This document shows, piece after piece, positions 60,644 to 64,000 of a DNA stretch of 64,000 nt. The first letter of the stretch is position 1, and every line of letters begins with the position of its first letter. The stretch is taken from the NCBI GenBank assembly GCA_963806175.1, contig CAWDXA010000011.1, forward strand, positions 666,065 through 730,064, in the 5' to 3' direction. The DNA is from an uncultured Chloroflexia bacterium. GTDB taxonomy: Bacteria > Chloroflexota > Limnocylindria > Limnocylindrales > CSP1-4. The notes beneath the pieces were generated by a model. That model was not told the origin of the DNA, ran no database searches, and saw nothing but the letters and a program-made list of their open reading frames with translations. Position numbers and translations under genes: made by a program.

Positions 60644-62947
60644 ATGGCCGCGGAGTCCAGCTATCGCAGTGACGCGCGACCCGATTTCGCGCCGTTCGAG
60701 GAACCGTGCGGGACGATCTCCGGGTTCGCGTACACGGGCGACCTGGCGACCGAACTCGCGGCGGGCGGGGTGACCCGGAGCGACGCGCTCGACCTGCTCG
60801 ACGACATGCTGGCCATCCGCGAGCTCGAGGAGATGATCGTCCGGCTCCGGTCCGGCGGCTACGATGCCTTGCCCGGCTACGACTACCGCGGCCCGACCCA
60901 TGTGTCGATCGGCCAGGAGGGCGCGGCGGTCGGCGGGGCCTCGGCATTACGGTCGGATGACCAGATCACGAGCTCGCACCGGGGTCACGGTGACGCCGTC
61001 GCCAAGGGCTATGCCGCGATCCGCCGGATGACCATCGAGCAACTCCGCGCCCGCGTTCCGGCGGCACCCGGCGAGACGCGCGAGGCCCTCCTCGAGGCGG
61101 CCCTCGAGGAGCACCTCTATCGCACGATCGCCGAGCTGTTCGGCAAGGAGGAGGGCTACTGCCACGGCCGCGGCGGCGGGATGCACATCGGCGACTTCTC
61201 GACCGGGCACCTCGGGGCGAACGCCATTGTCGGCGGCAGCGTGCCGATCGCCACCGGTGCCGCGATGGCCGCTCGCTACGAGGGCACCGACCGCGTCGTC
61301 TGCTGCTTCGTCGGCGATGGCGCGTTCGCCAACGGGGTGGTCCTGGAATCGCTCAACTGGGCGTCCCAGGACCAGTGGACGAACCACCTGGCAGGCGACC
61401 GGGCCTACGGCCTGCCGGTGATCTACTTCATCCAGAACAATCACTACGGCATGACCCACCGAACCGACGAGGAGGTCATGGGCGTCCGCCACCTGGCCCG
61501 CCGGGGGGCGGGCTTCGCCCAGGACAACATGCACGCCGAGGTCGTGAACGGGATGGACGTCCTCGCCGTCCACGACGCGATCCGGCGCGCGGCCGCTCGC
61601 TGCCGCGACGGTGACGGCCCGGTCCTCATCGAGGCGAGCACCTACCGCTACTACGGCCACTCGCTGTCGGATCCGAGGAACGAGTACCGGACTCGAGAGG
61701 AGGAGGCGGCCTGGCGGGCGGTCGACCCGATCGACCGACTGACGCGGCAGCTGATCGCGTGCGGCGTCGCCGACGAGGCGGCGATCGCGGCGATCGTGAC
61801 GCGTGCCGTCGAGCGCAACGCACGGGCGGCGGTCCGGGCCTCCCAGGCGACCGATCCCGATGCGGCCGCCGTGCTCGACTACCTCTACACGGACACGACC
61901 GCCGACTCCGTGCCCGCCGGCGCGGCCACCGTCGTCACCCAGGCCGACCCCCCGGTCGCGAAGCGCGGCCCGGACGGGGCGATCAGCTACAGGGACGCGC
62001 TGCGCGAGGCGCTCGTCGAGGAGATGCTCCGTGACCGCCGGGTCATGCTCTACGGCGAGGACGTCGCCGACTATGGTGGCGCGTTCAAGCTCACGAAGGG
62101 GCTGCTCGAGGCCTTCGGGCGTGATCGCGTCTTCAACACGCCGATCTCGGAGGCGTGTATCTGCGGAACGGCCGTGGGCGCGGCGATCGTCGGGTTGCGA
62201 CCGGTCGTGGAGCTGATGTACATGGACTTCGCCCTGATGGCCTCCGACCAGATCGCGAACCAGGCCGGCAAGTGGCACTACATGAGCGGCGCCCAGGTCG
62301 AGGTCCCGCTCGTGATCCGGGCGTCGGTCGGCGCGGGCAAGGGCTACGGGGGGCAGCACTCGCAGTCGCTCGAGAGCCTGTTCACCCACATCCCGGGCCT
62401 CTACGTCGTCTACCCGGCGACACCGGCAGATGCCAAGGGGCTCCTGAAGGCCTCGATCCGGACGAACAACCCGGTCCTGTTCGTGGAGAGCCAGGCCCTC
62501 TACCCGACCAAGGGCATCGTCCCCGAGGGCGAGCATCTCGTCCCGTTCGGCCGGGCACGACTCGCGCGCGAGGGGACCGACGCGACGGTCGTCGCCTGGG
62601 GCCCCGCGGTCCTCGACGCGCTGGCCGCCGCCGAGACCCTCGAGGCCGGTCACGGGGTCTCGCTCGAGGTGATCGACCTTCGGAGCCTGGTCCCGCTCGA
62701 CATGGAGACCGTCCTGGCATCGGTTCGGAAGACCGGCCGATGTGTCGTCGCCAGCCAGGCCGTGCTGGTCGGGAGCTTCGTCAACGAGATCGTCGCGCGG
62801 ATCCAGTCGGAGGCGTTCGACGCGCTCGACGGCCCGGTCGGCCGGATCGGCGCGGCAAACGGGATCTCGCCGCAGGCCGAGAGCCTGGAACGGGCGTTCC
62901 TGCCGTCGGCCGACGATATCGTGAAGGCCGTCCAGGCCCTGGTCTAG
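60644..62947 (+). CDS. 2-oxoacid (acetoin/pyruvate-type) dehydrogenase E1 component, fused alpha-beta subunits
   Basis: SD GGAGGA precedes ATG 60644. Alpha part: SSHRGHGDAVAKG, GGGMHIGD, GDGAFANGVVLESLNWAS, YRYYGHSLSDP. Beta part from about ISYRDALREALVEEM: YGEDVADYGGAFKLTKGL, NTPISEACICGTAVGAA, ELMYMDFALMASDQI. Confidence 0.85.
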   Translation: MAAESSYRSDARPDFAPFEEPCGTISGFAYTGDLATELAAGGVTRSDALDLLDDMLAIRELEEMIVRLRSGGYDALPGYDYRGPTHVSIGQEGAAVGGASALRSDDQITSSHRGHGDAVAKGYAAIRRMTIEQLRARVPAAPGETREALLEAALEEHLYRTIAELFGKEEGYCHGRGGGMHIGDFSTGHLGANAIVGGSVPIATGAAMAARYEGTDRVVCCFVGDGAFANGVVLESLNWASQDQWTNHLAGDRAYGLPVIYFIQNNHYGMTHRTDEEVMGVRHLARRGAGFAQDNMHAEVVNGMDVLAVHDAIRRAAARCRDGDGPVLIEASTYRYYGHSLSDPRNEYRTREEEAAWRAVDPIDRLTRQLIACGVADEAAIAAIVTRAVERNARAAVRASQATDPDAAAVLDYLYTDTTADSVPAGAATVVTQADPPVAKRGPDGAISYRDALREALVEEMLRDRRVMLYGEDVADYGGAFKLTKGLLEAFGRDRVFNTPISEACICGTAVGAAIVGLRPVVELMYMDFALMASDQIANQAGKWHYMSGAQVEVPLVIRASVGAGKGYGGQHSQSLESLFTHIPGLYVVYPATPADAKGLLKASIRTNNPVLFVESQALYPTKGIVPEGEHLVPFGRARLAREGTDATVVAWGPAVLDALAAAETLEAGHGVSLEVIDLRSLVPLDMETVLASVRKTGRCVVASQAVLVGSFVNEIVARIQSEAFDALDGPVGRIGAANGISPQAESLERAFLPSADDIVKAVQALV

Positions 62948-62957
62948 GAGGCACCCG

Positions 62958-64000
62958 ATGGTCCATCCCATCCTCATGCCCAAGCCCGGCCAGATGACCG
63001 AGGAGTGCCAGCTGGTGTCGTGGCACAAGGACGTCGGCGACGCGGTCCGCAAGGGCGACGTCCTGTTCGAGATCGAGACCGACAAGTCGAACATGGACGT
63101 CGAGTCGTTCGAAACCGGGGTGCTCCTGGCACGGGTCGTGGCCGAGGGCGAGACCGTGCCCGTCAATACGGTGTGTGCGTATGTCGGCGAGCCCGGCGAG
63201 ATGGTGCCCGGCGGACCCGGCGCGCCGCTGCCGGTGGTCTCGGAGGCAGCGCCCGACGCCGCGGTCACCGCGCGCGGGCCGGCCCCGGCGTCGGAGCCGA
63301 ACAAGGGTTCGGCCGCGGACGCACCGCGCGGCGGGCGCCTGGCAATCAGCCCGCGCGCGGCCAGGCTGGCCGTGGAGCTCGGGCTCGACCCGCGCACGAT
63401 CGTCGGCAGCGGGCCGGATGGCCGGATCACCGAGCGCGACGTCGAGGCCGTGCATGGGACGCGCGTCCCGACCGATGCGGCCACCAGGGCCGGGCCCGGA
63501 TCCGCGCCGGTGGAAGCGACGCCCGCGCCCGTCGCTCCGGCGGCCGTGTCCGCCGCCGTCGCCGGCGAGGAGCCGCCCGTGCCGCTGTCGCGGATGCGAC
63601 GCGTGATCGCGGAGCGACTGACCCTCAGCCACACGACGATCCCGCAGTTCACCGTGACCGTGGCCGTCGACGTCACCCGGTTGCAGGCGATCCGCGAGGA
63701 GCTGAAGGTGGCGGGAACCCACCTCAGCATTACCGACTTCGTCCTTGCCGCCGTCGCCCGGAGCCTGGTCGACTTTCCCGACGTCAACGCCCGGACGGAC
63801 GGGTCGATGGTCTGGCGCCGGCGGCGGATCCACCTCGGGCTCGCGGTGGCGCTGCCCGGCGGGCTGGTGGTGCCGGTCATCCAGGATGCCGACCACCTGG
63901 GCGTTCACGGGCTGCATGACCGGGCGACCGCGTTGGCGTCGATGGCGCGAGACGGCTCGCTCGGGCCCGACGACCTGGCGGGCAGCACCTTCACGGTGTC
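62958..64000 (+). CDS. dihydrolipoamide acyltransferase (E2) component, 3' end beyond the window
   Basis: Read by hand; not in the ORF track because there is no stop in the window. Lipoyl domain MVHPILMPKPGQMTEEC...VLFEIETDKSNMDVES. E3-binding domain ISPRAARLAVELGLDPRTIVGSGPDGRITERDV. Catalytic domain PLSRMRRVIAERL...LAGSTFTV. Confidence 0.85.
   Translation, partial: MVHPILMPKPGQMTEECQLVSWHKDVGDAVRKGDVLFEIETDKSNMDVESFETGVLLARVVAEGETVPVNTVCAYVGEPGEMVPGGPGAPLPVVSEAAPDAAVTARGPAPASEPNKGSAADAPRGGRLAISPRAARLAVELGLDPRTIVGSGPDGRITERDVEAVHGTRVPTDAATRAGPGSAPVEATPAPVAPAAVSAAVAGEEPPVPLSRMRRVIAERLTLSHTTIPQFTVTVAVDVTRLQAIREELKVAGTHLSITDFVLAAVARSLVDFPDVNARTDGSMVWRRRRIHLGLAVALPGGLVVPVIQDADHLGVHGLHDRATALASMARDGSLGPDDLAGSTFTV

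Overview
Very GC-rich bacterial chromosomal fragment (about two-thirds to 70% G+C by eye, not computed). Gene content looks Actinomycetota-like: tRNA-Leu/tig/clpP/clpX synteny, an ECF sigma factor, a DesK/DesR-type two-component system with an ABC-2 exporter, and a MoxR-VWA pair. The phylum call is a guess. I can support about 60 protein genes, one tRNA-Leu(UAG), and several promoter, operator and terminator elements. I saw no rRNA, CRISPR, transposase, integrase or phage genes. Layout: 0-15.4 kb holds housekeeping and uptake genes (MoxR-VWA, fba, APC permease, choline-kinase-like, DMGDH/SardH-like, HisN-like, ECF sigma, DedA). 15.2-20.8 kb holds potABCD plus a class-III aminotransferase. 21-35 kb holds mrp/apbC, MBL hydrolase, PEBP lipoprotein, cinA, small membrane proteins, tRNA-Leu, tig-clpP-clpX and an ABC-2/DesK/DesR operon. 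34.8-64 kb is a catabolic island. Main hunt results follow. (1) A 13-bp AT-rich dyad, ATCGAT-N-ATCGAT, sits on four readable promoters. It links the operons for cupin/split transketolase, transaldolase/MmsA, a Liv-type ABC importer, SDR/Zn-ADH and probably a fused-E1/E2 2-oxoacid dehydrogenase. Two paralogous GntR/FCD regulators are the candidate binders. (2) A 12.6-kb operon (45956-58581) combines a PpsA-like swivel-histidine protein, a truncated PPDK lacking the pyruvate/PEP barrel, an HprK-like P-loop protein, a three-subunit Mo-hydroxylase, a cyclase-family hydrolase and dehydrogenases. I cannot match this set to any characterised pathway from memory, so it is my best candidate for an undescribed dikinase-dependent catabolic system. 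(3) Reading-frame breaks are extremely uneven: at least 40 by manual tracing in the first 15.4 kb, about 6 in the next 25 kb, and none in the last 23.5 kb. This points to local consensus or indel error rather than real gene decay. Frame-broken genes are typed as pseudogene only because they are disrupted as sequenced. All functional calls rest on motifs I recognise by eye; no searches were run.
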